Source: a virus. Taken from it: a DNA stretch of 50,138 nt. Below the pieces are notes generated by a model, which was not told where the DNA came from, made no database searches, and saw nothing but the letters and a program-made list of their open reading frames with translations. The DNA lies in the IMG/VR virus record IMGVR_UViG_3300029947_000009, positions 1 to 50,138 of that record; one strand, given 5' to 3'. Shown here one piece after another: positions 34,447 to 43,078 of the stretch. The stretch's first letter is position 1, and the number at the start of each line of letters is the position of its first letter. The position numbers and the translations under genes were made by a program.

Positions 34447-36890
34447 TGACCTGTAATAACTGCAACCTCTGTTCTTTCTCGGACCCATCCTGCATATGGG
34501 GATCTGGAAACCCCAAGGCCAAAGTTATGGTGGTTAATAGCTACGCCAGTGAACAGGATGAGGAAAGGGGGGCGGCAGTAATGCCGTCCTCCCTCGTAGA
34601 AAGACTTCAGGGAATAGGAATAGACCCCGAAAAGGTCTACTATACCAACGCTATTAAATGTGCCTGTCCCAGAGGTACCAAATTTAAGGCTGGGGACATT
34701 AAGAAATGTAAAGTTCATCTAGATCAAGAGATTGCCCAGGTAAAACCACAGTTCATTTTAGTTTTAGGAGCTCAGGCTCTAAAAGCCACAGTAGACGGCT
34801 CTATTACAGAATTAAACGGAGTAATGGTGGAGAGGGATGGGGTTAAGTATATGCCCTCCTATAGCCCGGGAATAGTGTACCGAGATCCAGGTAAGGCTCC
34901 CTTTGTGGATAAGGCTATGAACAATTTTAAGTCGATGGTGAAAGGGGACCTGGATGGACCTCCTGAGCTGGACGTTAGAGTCATAGCTAATATGAGACAA
35001 CTTAAAAGGGCCTTTCAGTATCTGACCGAAAATGGCTACCTTCACCTTAGCTATGATATAGAAACCACAGGTCTAGTAAGGTTCGAGGACGAGGTAAATC
35101 TATTTGGATTTGGAAATGACCAGGTTCAGTATATTATACCCCTGGAGGCTCCCCTGAGCCCGCTGAAGGGCCTAAGGATGGCACAACATAAACTTATAAC
35201 CACTGCCATAAAGTGGTTAAATAGGAACGCTAAGGACCTAGTAGCAGGCAATGGAAAGTTCGATGATCTATTCCTGGAGTATAAGTTTGGGGTGAAGCCC
35301 CATATAACCTTTGACGTAGTATTGGCCTCCCATATTCTAAATGAGAATACCCCAAACGGAGTCAAGGAGAATGCCGTTCAGGAGTGCAATGCCCCCAACT
35401 GGGATGTGGATAAAAACCTAAAGACTGGCCAGTACAGTTCCCCTGAAAAGTATCAGGAGTATTTAACCTACCTCGGATATGATATCTATTATGAATACAA
35501 GCTTTTTAGGGTATTCCGAAAGAAATTAAAACAGGATAAGGCCCTGATGAAACTCTTCTACCACTTATATATGCCGGGAATAATATCCTATGAGACTGTG
35601 GAACAACATGGGGTATTTATCTATCCCCAGCAGTTTAAGGAGGTAAGGAAGCATCTGGAATCTGAGAAATCCAAGATTGAGAAACAGCTCCTTAAACTGG
35701 CTGGGCATGAGGTAAACTGGAACTCCCCAGCTCAAATTCAAAAACTACTCTATGAAGAACTAAAATTGCCTATTCTGGAGAGAACTGAGTCAGGAGCCCC
35801 CTCCACAAGTGAGGCTACTATGATGCAGTTACGAGAGGAGCACCCCATAGTAGAACTAATCCTTAAATACCGGGGGGTAAATATTCAGATTTCCCATTTT
35901 ATAGATGGATGGATAAATCGAATGTGGGGAAGGAGATTGTTTCCCAATTTCAAACTTCACGGAACTGTAACGGGAAGAACCTCCTGTACTGACCCCAACC
36001 TTCAGCAGGTCCCTAGAGACCCCATCATTCGGAATTTGGTAGGAGCTCCAGAAGGTTGGTCTGTGGTTGAGATAGACTATTCTCAGGCTGAACTTCGTAT
36101 TGCTGCCATAATGTCCGGGGACGAGACCATGACCCGGATATATCAAACTGGGGGAGATATCCATACCCACACTTACGAGATGATAACGGGAGAAAAGGTC
36201 TCAGATGATAAGTATATCCGGAAAGAGCAAAGAAAGAAAGCCAAGGCCGTTAATTTTGGATTTGTTTATGGAATGGGCTGGAAGAAGTTCAAGATATATG
36301 CTAGAGATAACTATGGGGTTGATCTTACTGATAAGGAAGCCGAACAGTGGCGGGAGAAGTTTTTTGATACCTACCATTCCCTACCCAAATGGCACTCTAA
36401 GCAAAGGAGAATAGTCCAGTCTATGGGACAGGTAAGAAGTCCTATAGGGAGAATAAGAAGACTTCCTGATATTTATTCCACAGATAAATCTAAAAAGGCT
36501 GAAGCTGAGAGACAGAGTATAAACTCCCCCGTTCAAGGATTTGGTTCAGACCTTACTATTTTGGGGATGTCTGAAATTATGGGCAATGCCCAGTACTATG
36601 ACCCTGACTATGTATTGGATAAGGATAAGTTCTTTGTCATAGGAACCGTGCACGATGCTACTTTGTTCGAGGTAAGGAATGACTATTTAATGGAATTTTG
36701 CCCAAGGGCTAAGCATATTTTGGAACATCCAAAGGCACTTGAGGAAGTATTCCACTTCGAGACTGATGTACCCATTATAGCCGATGTGGCCGTTGGTAGA
36801 TCCTGGGGGGCTGGTAAGGAACTTCACATGGACCCTGGGGATGAAACCTGGAAACAAGAAATACAGGAGTATCTAGATAGTCTAAAATAA
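34446..36890 (+). CDS. Family A DNA polymerase with 3'-5' exonuclease and an N-terminal degenerate UDG (family 4)-like domain
   Basis: Exo motifs: LSYDIETTGL, NGKFDDLFL, YLGYDIYYEY. Pol motifs: VVEIDYSQAELRIAA (A), RKKAKAVNFGFVYGMG (B), IGTVHDA (C). The N-terminus CNNCNLC...GSGNPKAKVMVVNSYASEQDEERG...YYTNAIKCACP has a UDG4 layout, but GEAPG is replaced by NSYAS. Confidence 0.9.
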   Translation: MTCNNCNLCSFSDPSCIWGSGNPKAKVMVVNSYASEQDEERGAAVMPSSLVERLQGIGIDPEKVYYTNAIKCACPRGTKFKAGDIKKCKVHLDQEIAQVKPQFILVLGAQALKATVDGSITELNGVMVERDGVKYMPSYSPGIVYRDPGKAPFVDKAMNNFKSMVKGDLDGPPELDVRVIANMRQLKRAFQYLTENGYLHLSYDIETTGLVRFEDEVNLFGFGNDQVQYIIPLEAPLSPLKGLRMAQHKLITTAIKWLNRNAKDLVAGNGKFDDLFLEYKFGVKPHITFDVVLASHILNENTPNGVKENAVQECNAPNWDVDKNLKTGQYSSPEKYQEYLTYLGYDIYYEYKLFRVFRKKLKQDKALMKLFYHLYMPGIISYETVEQHGVFIYPQQFKEVRKHLESEKSKIEKQLLKLAGHEVNWNSPAQIQKLLYEELKLPILERTESGAPSTSEATMMQLREEHPIVELILKYRGVNIQISHFIDGWINRMWGRRLFPNFKLHGTVTGRTSCTDPNLQQVPRDPIIRNLVGAPEGWSVVEIDYSQAELRIAAIMSGDETMTRIYQTGGDIHTHTYEMITGEKVSDDKYIRKEQRKKAKAVNFGFVYGMGWKKFKIYARDNYGVDLTDKEAEQWREKFFDTYHSLPKWHSKQRRIVQSMGQVRSPIGRIRRLPDIYSTDKSKKAEAERQSINSPVQGFGSDLTILGMSEIMGNAQYYDPDYVLDKDKFFVIGTVHDATLFEVRNDYLMEFCPRAKHILEHPKALEEVFHFETDVPIIADVAVGRSWGAGKELHMDPGDETWKQEIQEYLDSLK

Positions 36891-36907
36891 AACAAGAATG
36901 ACCCCCA

Positions 36908-36936
36908 TTTACGGGGGGTCTTCTTTATGGTATAAT
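36908..36936 (+). promoter_or_regulatory. Promoter whose -35 box lies in the loop of the polymerase terminator hairpin (36900-36920)
   Basis: gaccccc-aTTTACg-gggggtc ttctttatgg TATAAT, with a 17-nt spacer. Confidence 0.55.
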
Positions 36937-36966
36937 AGGGGTAATAAAGGGAAGGAGGTGAATATC

Positions 36967-37146
36967 ATGAGTAACGTGGTCATCAAGTGTATGGACTGCA
37001 ATAAACCCTTTACCCTTACCTCTAGTCATGCAAAGTGGTTTTTGGATAGGGGTCTAGAACTTCCCAAGAGGTGTAAAGAGTGCAGAACCCGAAGACGTAA
37101 TGAGAAGGAGGAAAACCACAATGGCAGAGACCCTAAAGCTGTCTAA
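36967..37146 (+). CDS. Zinc-ribbon protein
   Basis: 59 aa from the ATG at 36967 (GAAGGAGGTGA RBS). Contains CMDCNKPF...LPKRCKECR, i.e. CxxC...CxxC. Confidence 0.6.
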   Translation: MSNVVIKCMDCNKPFTLTSSHAKWFLDRGLELPKRCKECRTRRRNEKEENHNGRDPKAV

Positions 37147-38095
37147 CTCCAAGGTTACTACTTGGAGAAAATGTCACATGGCCTATCATTACAAGTATCA
37201 CCTCAAACTTCGTCCTAGAAAAAAGGGAATAGCCCTGAGGAGAGGCTCCATAATTCACGAGTGCATAGAGGCCTATGATTCAGGAAGGTCTTGGAGAAAA
37301 CCTTTTAACTCCTTTGCTAAGCAATTCTACGAGGAGACTTTTAAGGAAGAGATCGTAGAGATAGGTGATATTCCCCGAATGGTGGAAGAACTGATGGAAA
37401 ACTATCAGGCCCTGTATGAGGACGATGGACTCACTTATCTGGGAAACGAACTCCATTTTGAATTCTCCCTGATGCCTGGAGTAATTATTGAAGGGTATCT
37501 AGATGCACTGGTAGAGGATGAAACTGGGGCCATATGGCCAAAGGAAACCAAAACCTATAAGAGAAATCCTGATTATGATTTCCTGCTTCTCAATACCCAG
37601 TCAGCCCTCTATACCTGGGCCGTTATGGAGATGGGATACTCCCCCAAAGGAACCCTGTGGGATATTATTAGGGCCAAGGAACCTGGTAGGCCCCAGCTAC
37701 TCAAGGATGGAACCATCTCTAAAAGGGGAATTGATTCTACTCCTTATACAGTCAAGAAGGCCCTGAGGGAGCTAGGTCAAAATCCTGAGGACTATAAGGA
37801 CCTACTAGCCAAAGTATCCTATGATGACTACTTTAGACGTTATTCGGTAAGGGTAAACCATACTGTAGTTAAGGGGATTATGGAGGACTTCAAATCCACA
37901 GCTAAGGAGATCATAAAGTCTGGAGACCAACTCTGTGACAGGAACCTTGGAAAAGGGTGCGCCTGGTGTGACTATAAACCCCTATGCCAAGCTGACCTAA
38001 TGGGATTAGATACTGATTTCATTAGGAAAAAACAATTTGAAGTAGTAGAAAAGGAGGGAAGGCCTGATGGCAACGAAGGAGAAGAAAACCCCTAA
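37121..38095 (+). CDS. PD-(D/E)XK exonuclease, Cas4/RecB-like, with a C-terminal Cys cluster
   Basis: Start at the ATG at 37121 (AAGGAGGAAAA RBS). Contains EGYLDALVED...ETKTYK (D..ExK-like), an N-terminal C in WRKCH, and a C-terminal CAWCDYKPLC. Confidence 0.7.
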   Translation: MAETLKLSNSKVTTWRKCHMAYHYKYHLKLRPRKKGIALRRGSIIHECIEAYDSGRSWRKPFNSFAKQFYEETFKEEIVEIGDIPRMVEELMENYQALYEDDGLTYLGNELHFEFSLMPGVIIEGYLDALVEDETGAIWPKETKTYKRNPDYDFLLLNTQSALYTWAVMEMGYSPKGTLWDIIRAKEPGRPQLLKDGTISKRGIDSTPYTVKKALRELGQNPEDYKDLLAKVSYDDYFRRYSVRVNHTVVKGIMEDFKSTAKEIIKSGDQLCDRNLGKGCAWCDYKPLCQADLMGLDTDFIRKKQFEVVEKEGRPDGNEGEENP

Positions 38096-38918
38096 GAAGT
38101 TCGGTTTAGAGGATCGTTTCAAGGACCTGTTGGACATGGACACCCCTACCATAATCACTCTATATGGGAGACCTGGCACTGGTAAGACCACCATATCCTG
38201 TACTCTACCCAAGCCCCTGCTCCTGATTGATGTAAAGGATAAGGGTACCGACTCGGGTAAGAGGGAAGACCTGGAACCTGGAGACATCACTGTTTTTGAA
38301 CTGGAAAGCTTCGATGAGATTTATGACCTCTATGACTACATAGAGGAAAATCCCAACAAATTCAAGTCTGTGGTAATAGACCATATGACTGCCCTTCAGG
38401 ATTTTTGCTATGAGAAGGTCATGGATGAGGAAGGCAAAAGTAGAATGTCCCAGGGTATGTATGGAACCGCTGGGGGATATCTGAAAGAGGTAATCAACCT
38501 TTATAAGGGACTAACTGATCTGGGCATCACCCCCTGTTTTAACTGCCAGGACCGTATGGAGTCCGGAGACGGGGAGGGGGAGGACCAGTTGCTCCCGGAG
38601 GTAGGACCCAGTCTCATGCCCTCTGTGGCCCGTACTCTATGTGCTGCTTCTAGAGTGATTGGCCATACCTATCAGTTTGAGAATGTGGAAAAGCTGGATG
38701 GAGCTAAGGTTAGGAGAAATATTGAATTTCGCCTAAGACTGGGGCCAAACCCCTACTATATAACCAAGGTTACCCGTCCTTTCGGAACTCCCTGTCCCCA
38801 GTTCTTGGTAAATGCCAACTACTCTGACATCATGAAAGTGGTTCGGGGAAAGTGGGTAGAATCCACAGGAACCAAGAAAAAAGGTTCTAATGTCAAGAAG
38901 AAACTGGCTAGTAGGTGA
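38067..38918 (+). CDS. Sak4-like RecA-fold ATPase (recombination)
   Basis: Walker A YGRPGTGKTT and Walker B-like SVVIDHMT; adjacent to SSB-like and nuclease genes. Confidence 0.65.
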   Translation: MATKEKKTPKKFGLEDRFKDLLDMDTPTIITLYGRPGTGKTTISCTLPKPLLLIDVKDKGTDSGKREDLEPGDITVFELESFDEIYDLYDYIEENPNKFKSVVIDHMTALQDFCYEKVMDEEGKSRMSQGMYGTAGGYLKEVINLYKGLTDLGITPCFNCQDRMESGDGEGEDQLLPEVGPSLMPSVARTLCAASRVIGHTYQFENVEKLDGAKVRRNIEFRLRLGPNPYYITKVTRPFGTPCPQFLVNANYSDIMKVVRGKWVESTGTKKKGSNVKKKLASR

Positions 38919-38947
38919 TTTACAAAATGGGCCATATCTGGTATAAT
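38919..38947 (+). promoter_or_regulatory. TTTACA-N17-TATAAT promoter
   Basis: gaTTTACAaaatgggccatatctggTATAAT. Confidence 0.55.
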
Positions 38948-38984
38948 GAATATGACCCTAAAAATTTAAGGAGGTATATTTTAT

Positions 38985-39761
38985 ATGGCTACCAAATCCA
39001 GAAAGGGCCGAAGCCCCAGTTCTATCAATGTAGATCTCTCCGGAGTAGAGGCCTCCCGTAAGGCTATTCCCGAGGGTACCTATGAAGTAGTGGTTAACGA
39101 GGCCACCCAGAAGAACTCCCGGGATGGTAATCCCATGATCTCTTTTGAGTTCGAGGTTCAGGAAGGACCCCACAAGGGGGCTAAGCTTTATGAGAATTGT
39201 TCCCTGCAGCCTCAGGCACTGTTCAAGCTGAAGTCCGTCCTGCTGGCCCTGGGGATTGACATTCCCAATAAGGCCTTTGACCTTAACCTGAGAGACCTTA
39301 TTGGCCTTACCTGTGAAGTGGAGGTTGGTCATGAGGTCTACGAGGGTAAGAAGAGAGCCAGAATCCTTCAGTACAATGACCCTGAAGACTCTGAGGAAGA
39401 AGAAGAAGAAGAAGATTCCGATGATGGCGATGAGTCTGTGGAGGACAAGCTGGCTGAACTGGACTTCGATGAACTGAAGGACCTGGCCAAGGAACTGGAC
39501 ATCTCTTCTTCGGATATTAAGAAGGCCAAAAAGGCCAAGGCTCTGATTGATCTCATCATGGACTCTGCTGAAGAGGATGATATCCGGGAGGCCATGGGGG
39601 AGGACTCCGATGACGATGAAGAAGAGGAGGAGGAACAGGACTATTCCAAGATGTCTCTCTCCGAACTGAAGGCTGAGTGTAAGGACCGGGGCCTGAAGGT
39701 TAAGAAGGATATGAACAAGGATGATCTCATTGAGATGTTGGAGGAGGACGATGAGGAGTGA
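38985..39761 (+). CDS. DUF669-like ssDNA-binding-type protein with an acidic tail and two HeH/SAP-like motifs
   Basis: The N-domain (IPEGTYEVVVNEATQKNSRDGNPMISFEFEV...) resembles DUF669. The C-half has EEEEEEDSDD runs plus DFDELKDLAKELDISSSDIKKAKKAKALIDLI and MSLSELKAECKDRGLKVKKDMNKDDLIEML. Confidence 0.6.
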   Translation: MATKSRKGRSPSSINVDLSGVEASRKAIPEGTYEVVVNEATQKNSRDGNPMISFEFEVQEGPHKGAKLYENCSLQPQALFKLKSVLLALGIDIPNKAFDLNLRDLIGLTCEVEVGHEVYEGKKRARILQYNDPEDSEEEEEEEDSDDGDESVEDKLAELDFDELKDLAKELDISSSDIKKAKKAKALIDLIMDSAEEDDIREAMGEDSDDDEEEEEEQDYSKMSLSELKAECKDRGLKVKKDMNKDDLIEMLEEDDEE

Positions 39762-39779
39762 AATACTCCTCCCTTCTAA

Positions 39780-40211
39780 ATGGGAAGTAAGCCAGAGACC
39801 GGAGTAGTCAAGTCCATAATGGACCTTCTAAAATCTTCCTTTCCAGGACTATATTTCAAGACCCATGGGGGACTATACCAGAGAATTGGACTTCCCGATA
39901 TACTGGGAGTACATAGGGGTAGGTTCATAGGAATTGAGGTAAAATATCCTGGAAAGGAGGATACTCTCTCTAAACTCCAGGAAAGGACCCTGGACCTAAT
40001 CAATCTATATGGCGGGGTAGGATTTATGTCCACCTCACCTGAGGATACAAACCACAAACTTAAGGAGGAAATGAAAACATGGCCAGTACCAATGAAAAGC
40101 TCAAAAAGCTCAAGGAAATCCATCAGCAGGAAGAAGCTCTCTACTCCGAGAGAAATGAGAAGTACGGAGACAGCTTCGCAAAAACCTTCAAGGAGTACGG
40201 GAAGCCGGTAG
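39780..40211 (+). CDS. VRR-NUC domain nuclease
   Basis: GLPDILGVHRGRFIGIEVKYPGKEDTLSKLQERTL matches the VRR-NUC core (PD...E.K...Q). The RBS is weak. The last ~44 codons overlap the next gene out of frame. Confidence 0.6.
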   Translation: MGSKPETGVVKSIMDLLKSSFPGLYFKTHGGLYQRIGLPDILGVHRGRFIGIEVKYPGKEDTLSKLQERTLDLINLYGGVGFMSTSPEDTNHKLKEEMKTWPVPMKSSKSSRKSISRKKLSTPREMRSTETASQKPSRSTGSR

Positions 40212-40666
40212 CCCTGATTCGCCTGGAGGACAAGCTCAATCGGGCTAAAAACCTGATTTCCCTGGGGATGGAAGGTTCTGATGGGGAATCTCTCATCGAT
40301 ACTCTGAAGGATCTGTCCAACTACGCCAACATGACCATCATCGAGCTGACGCTCAATCCTGAAGTGAAGGATGAGACTGCCCAGGAAGCTCCCAAGAAGA
40401 AGAGAAAGAAGGTCAAGGGTGAGGCTGCCCCGGCCATGGAGACTGAGACTCCCAAGGAGAAAGGTCCCCTGGACGATCTGACCAAGAAGCAGCTCACTGA
40501 GATCATCTCCCAGCTGGGGGGAACAGTTCCCAAGAAAGCCAACCGGGAAAAGCTGACCTCCCTGATCAATGGCTTCCCCAAGGCCAAGGTAGCTGTGGCT
40601 ATCACCTCCCTGAAGTCCTCTACTGAGACCTCTGAGGAGAAGACTGAAAATGGTGAAGAGGAATAA
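40079..40666 (+). CDS. DUF1599-like protein with a C-terminal HeH-like motif
   Basis: ERNEKYGDSFAKTFKEYGKPVALIRLEDKLNRAKNL resembles DUF1599. The C-terminus reads LTKKQLTEIISQLGGTVPKKANREKLTSLI. Confidence 0.55.
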   Translation: MASTNEKLKKLKEIHQQEEALYSERNEKYGDSFAKTFKEYGKPVALIRLEDKLNRAKNLISLGMEGSDGESLIDTLKDLSNYANMTIIELTLNPEVKDETAQEAPKKKRKKVKGEAAPAMETETPKEKGPLDDLTKKQLTEIISQLGGTVPKKANREKLTSLINGFPKAKVAVAITSLKSSTETSEEKTENGEEE

Positions 40667-42197
40667 CCTTTATCCCCACCAAAAAGAAGGCGTAAGGAGG
40701 GCTTTACAAGAGCCCTTCTTCGCTTTGTTTATGGACCAGGGGACAGGAAAAACTGCAGTGGCCATAAGAGCTACTGTGGAAAGATTCAAGCAGATGGGAC
40801 TCCACAGAGTAGTAATATTTGCCCCCAATAATCTTCTCTATAACTGGACTCTTGAGCTCAAGGAGTGGGCCTGGCTTCCCAAAAATGAAATTAAGATTTT
40901 AAGGTTAAAGGGAAAGGGGAAGCAAAACTGGATATCCCAGCTTAATGACTTCCTAAAGTATGACTATGAACTAAGAACTCTAGATGAACTTAAAGAGTTG
41001 GGACTGGGAACCAAAAAGGGGGATATCCTAAAACAGCACAAAGCCCCCTTGATGATACTCCTGATGAACTATGAAAAAGCCCGAATATTAGAACCCCAGC
41101 TCCGGAAAATGAAAATACAATCTCTCATTGTGGATGAAAGCCAAAGAGTTAAGAGTAGAAATGCCCAGGTTTCCAAAGCTATTTATAGACTTACCCGGGG
41201 TTGCTCTACCCGACTCCTAATGAGTGGAACTCCCGTAGGAAAAGGGTATGAAGACTTATTCATGCAGTATAAAATTATGAATCCCGAAATCCTCGGAGAA
41301 AACTATAGAGACTTTGAGTCCCAGTATATCCAAAAAGGGGGATACATGGGAAAGGAGATAGTGGGGTATCAAAACATAGATGAACTTAGGGAGATAGTGG
41401 CCAAGACCTCCTACCGCGTGGAGATTGAGGACTGCATAGACCTTCCCCCATTGGATATCCACTACCTTACCTGTGAGCTTACTGGGGATGCTCAGAAGTC
41501 CTATGAGGAGCTCTATGAGGATTTATATACCCAGATACCCCTAGAGGCCACCAGAGAGAGACTAAAGGCCCTCCTGAGGCAAAATTACATAGAGTATTCC
41601 AGTAGGGAGAGTTATCTGTCCCTCCTTCTAAAAGCTGAGCCCTTTTTGAATGTAGTTTCCTGTGATTTAACAATCATTAAACTCATAAGGCTTCATCAAC
41701 TTACAGGGGGATTCCTAAAACTGGATAGCGGAGAGCTTGTTCCCCTGGGAAGAAGCAAATTGGATTTAGCTATAGACTATCTCAGGGGGAGAAACCTCCC
41801 CACAGTGGTTTTTTGTAACTTTGTGGATGAGATAAGACTACTGGAGAGGGAGTTAAAGAAGGCCTTTCCCAAGAAGAGAGTGGAAAACTATAGGGACTCC
41901 AAAAATAAAGAAAAGATTGAAAGTGACTTCAAAAAGGGAAAGGTGGACATAGTTATACTTCAGATACACTCTGGAAGTACTGGACTAAATTTCCAAGCTG
42001 CAAATGCAATCATGTTCTACAGTACTAACCACAGTGCAGATGATTATTGGCAGGCCATTTCTCGAATCAAAAGGCCTGGGCAGAAAAATCGAATGGAAGT
42101 TGTAGTTTTGATGTGTGAGGGAACAGTGGATGAGGATATAGCCGAAAGTATAAGGATTAAAACTAAGCTTATGAAAGAGCTGTGGAAAAAATCTTAA
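40650..42197 (+). CDS. SNF2-family helicase
   Basis: Motif I DQGTGKT, motif II DESQRVK, motif III SGTP, motif VI QAISRIKRPGQ. Confidence 0.85.
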   Translation: MVKRNNLYPHQKEGVRRALQEPFFALFMDQGTGKTAVAIRATVERFKQMGLHRVVIFAPNNLLYNWTLELKEWAWLPKNEIKILRLKGKGKQNWISQLNDFLKYDYELRTLDELKELGLGTKKGDILKQHKAPLMILLMNYEKARILEPQLRKMKIQSLIVDESQRVKSRNAQVSKAIYRLTRGCSTRLLMSGTPVGKGYEDLFMQYKIMNPEILGENYRDFESQYIQKGGYMGKEIVGYQNIDELREIVAKTSYRVEIEDCIDLPPLDIHYLTCELTGDAQKSYEELYEDLYTQIPLEATRERLKALLRQNYIEYSSRESYLSLLLKAEPFLNVVSCDLTIIKLIRLHQLTGGFLKLDSGELVPLGRSKLDLAIDYLRGRNLPTVVFCNFVDEIRLLERELKKAFPKKRVENYRDSKNKEKIESDFKKGKVDIVILQIHSGSTGLNFQAANAIMFYSTNHSADDYWQAISRIKRPGQKNRMEVVVLMCEGTVDEDIAESIRIKTKLMKELWKKS

Positions 42198-42205
42198 TTT
42201 ACCCA

Positions 42206-42234
42206 TTTACAAACTCTTGAGAGTGTGGTATATT
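42206..42234 (+). promoter_or_regulatory. CCATTTACA-family promoter
   Basis: aatcttaatttacccaTTTACAaactcttgagagtgtggTATATT. Confidence 0.6.
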
Positions 42235-42273
42235 ATAAGCATACCAAACAACACTTCTTAGGAGGAACCAATC

Positions 42274-42450
42274 ATGACTACCACTTACACTGTTATCCCC
42301 CAGGGCCTGGTCTATAATAACCCTCTTAATAGGGATAAAACTTTCCCCTCCCGAAAGGAAGCCCAGAAATACATTAAAAAAGTTCTAAAGCCCCAGGGAG
42401 TTCACGGAGTACTCTCTACCGATTCTAAAGGATGGGGTAGATACTTTTAA
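42274..42450 (+). CDS. Small hypothetical protein (58 aa, MTTTYTVIPQGLVYNNPLNRDKTFPSRKEAQKYIKKVLKPQGVHGVLSTDSKGWGRYF)
   Basis: TAGGAGGAAC RBS; sits between a promoter and a terminator-promoter hairpin; below the ORF-track cutoff. Confidence 0.55.
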   Translation: MTTTYTVIPQGLVYNNPLNRDKTFPSRKEAQKYIKKVLKPQGVHGVLSTDSKGWGRYF

Positions 42451-42469
42451 TTCCCAAGAAAGGTCCCCA

Positions 42470-42498
42470 TTTACAGGGGGCCTTTTCTATGATATAAT
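42470..42498 (+). promoter_or_regulatory. Promoter with its -35 box in the loop of a terminator hairpin (42462-42482)
   Basis: ggtcccc-aTTTACa-gggggcc ttttctatga TATAAT. Confidence 0.55.
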
Positions 42499-42518
42499 TT
42501 AATTAAGGAGGTAGACCT

Positions 42519-42986
42519 ATGGAATATGTAAAACACAAATACTCAAAGAGAGTGTATAGGGTAATGACCGACCATGGACCTGAGCACCCTTATTTATCTA
42601 GTTTCCCCTACGTTAGAAATATATCCACAGGAATGTTGGAAAGATTTTTTTTTTCCTGTGGGAAGCCCCAGGTAGAGTATGAATCCCCTGTGCCAGTGGG
42701 TAAGGAGATAGAGTGGGAGAAGCGTCAACTAAGACGTGAGGAGCCAATAGTGGTGAAATCCCCCCAGGTAATATCCAAATCTAGAGCCAGGAATAAAAGA
42801 CCCCCCCAGGTCAAGCAGGGGCCTAGGGAATATACCTTAAAAGACCTTTGTTCTGAATTGGGGATTTCTCCCACTGTAGCCAGAAAGGTTCTTAGGTCTA
42901 AGGGGATGACAGCTCCCGAAGGAGGATGGAGATGGCCTAGTCCTGAAGCTGCCAAAGACATAAAAGAAATTTTGAAAAATTTTTAA
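42519..42986 (+). CDS. Hypothetical protein; its C-terminal domain is paralogous to that of 43079..43567
   Basis: YTLKDLCSELGISPTVARKVLRSKGMTAPEGGWRW compared with ITLKELAAEFHMKGTKARRLLRNASISRPYGGNRWEW. Confidence 0.6.
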   Translation: MEYVKHKYSKRVYRVMTDHGPEHPYLSSFPYVRNISTGMLERFFFSCGKPQVEYESPVPVGKEIEWEKRQLRREEPIVVKSPQVISKSRARNKRPPQVKQGPREYTLKDLCSELGISPTVARKVLRSKGMTAPEGGWRWPSPEAAKDIKEILKNF

Positions 42987-42994
42987 TTTACCCA

Positions 42995-43023
42995 TTTACA
43001 AATCTCGAATTATCTCTTATAAT
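42995..43023 (+). promoter_or_regulatory. CCATTTACA-family promoter
   Basis: aaaaatttttaatttacccaTTTACAaatctcgaattatctctTATAATgtaaatgtaaatc. Confidence 0.65.
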
Positions 43024-43078
43024 GTAAATGTAAATCAAACAACACTCTACCAACCAAACATTATAGGAGGAACATAAC

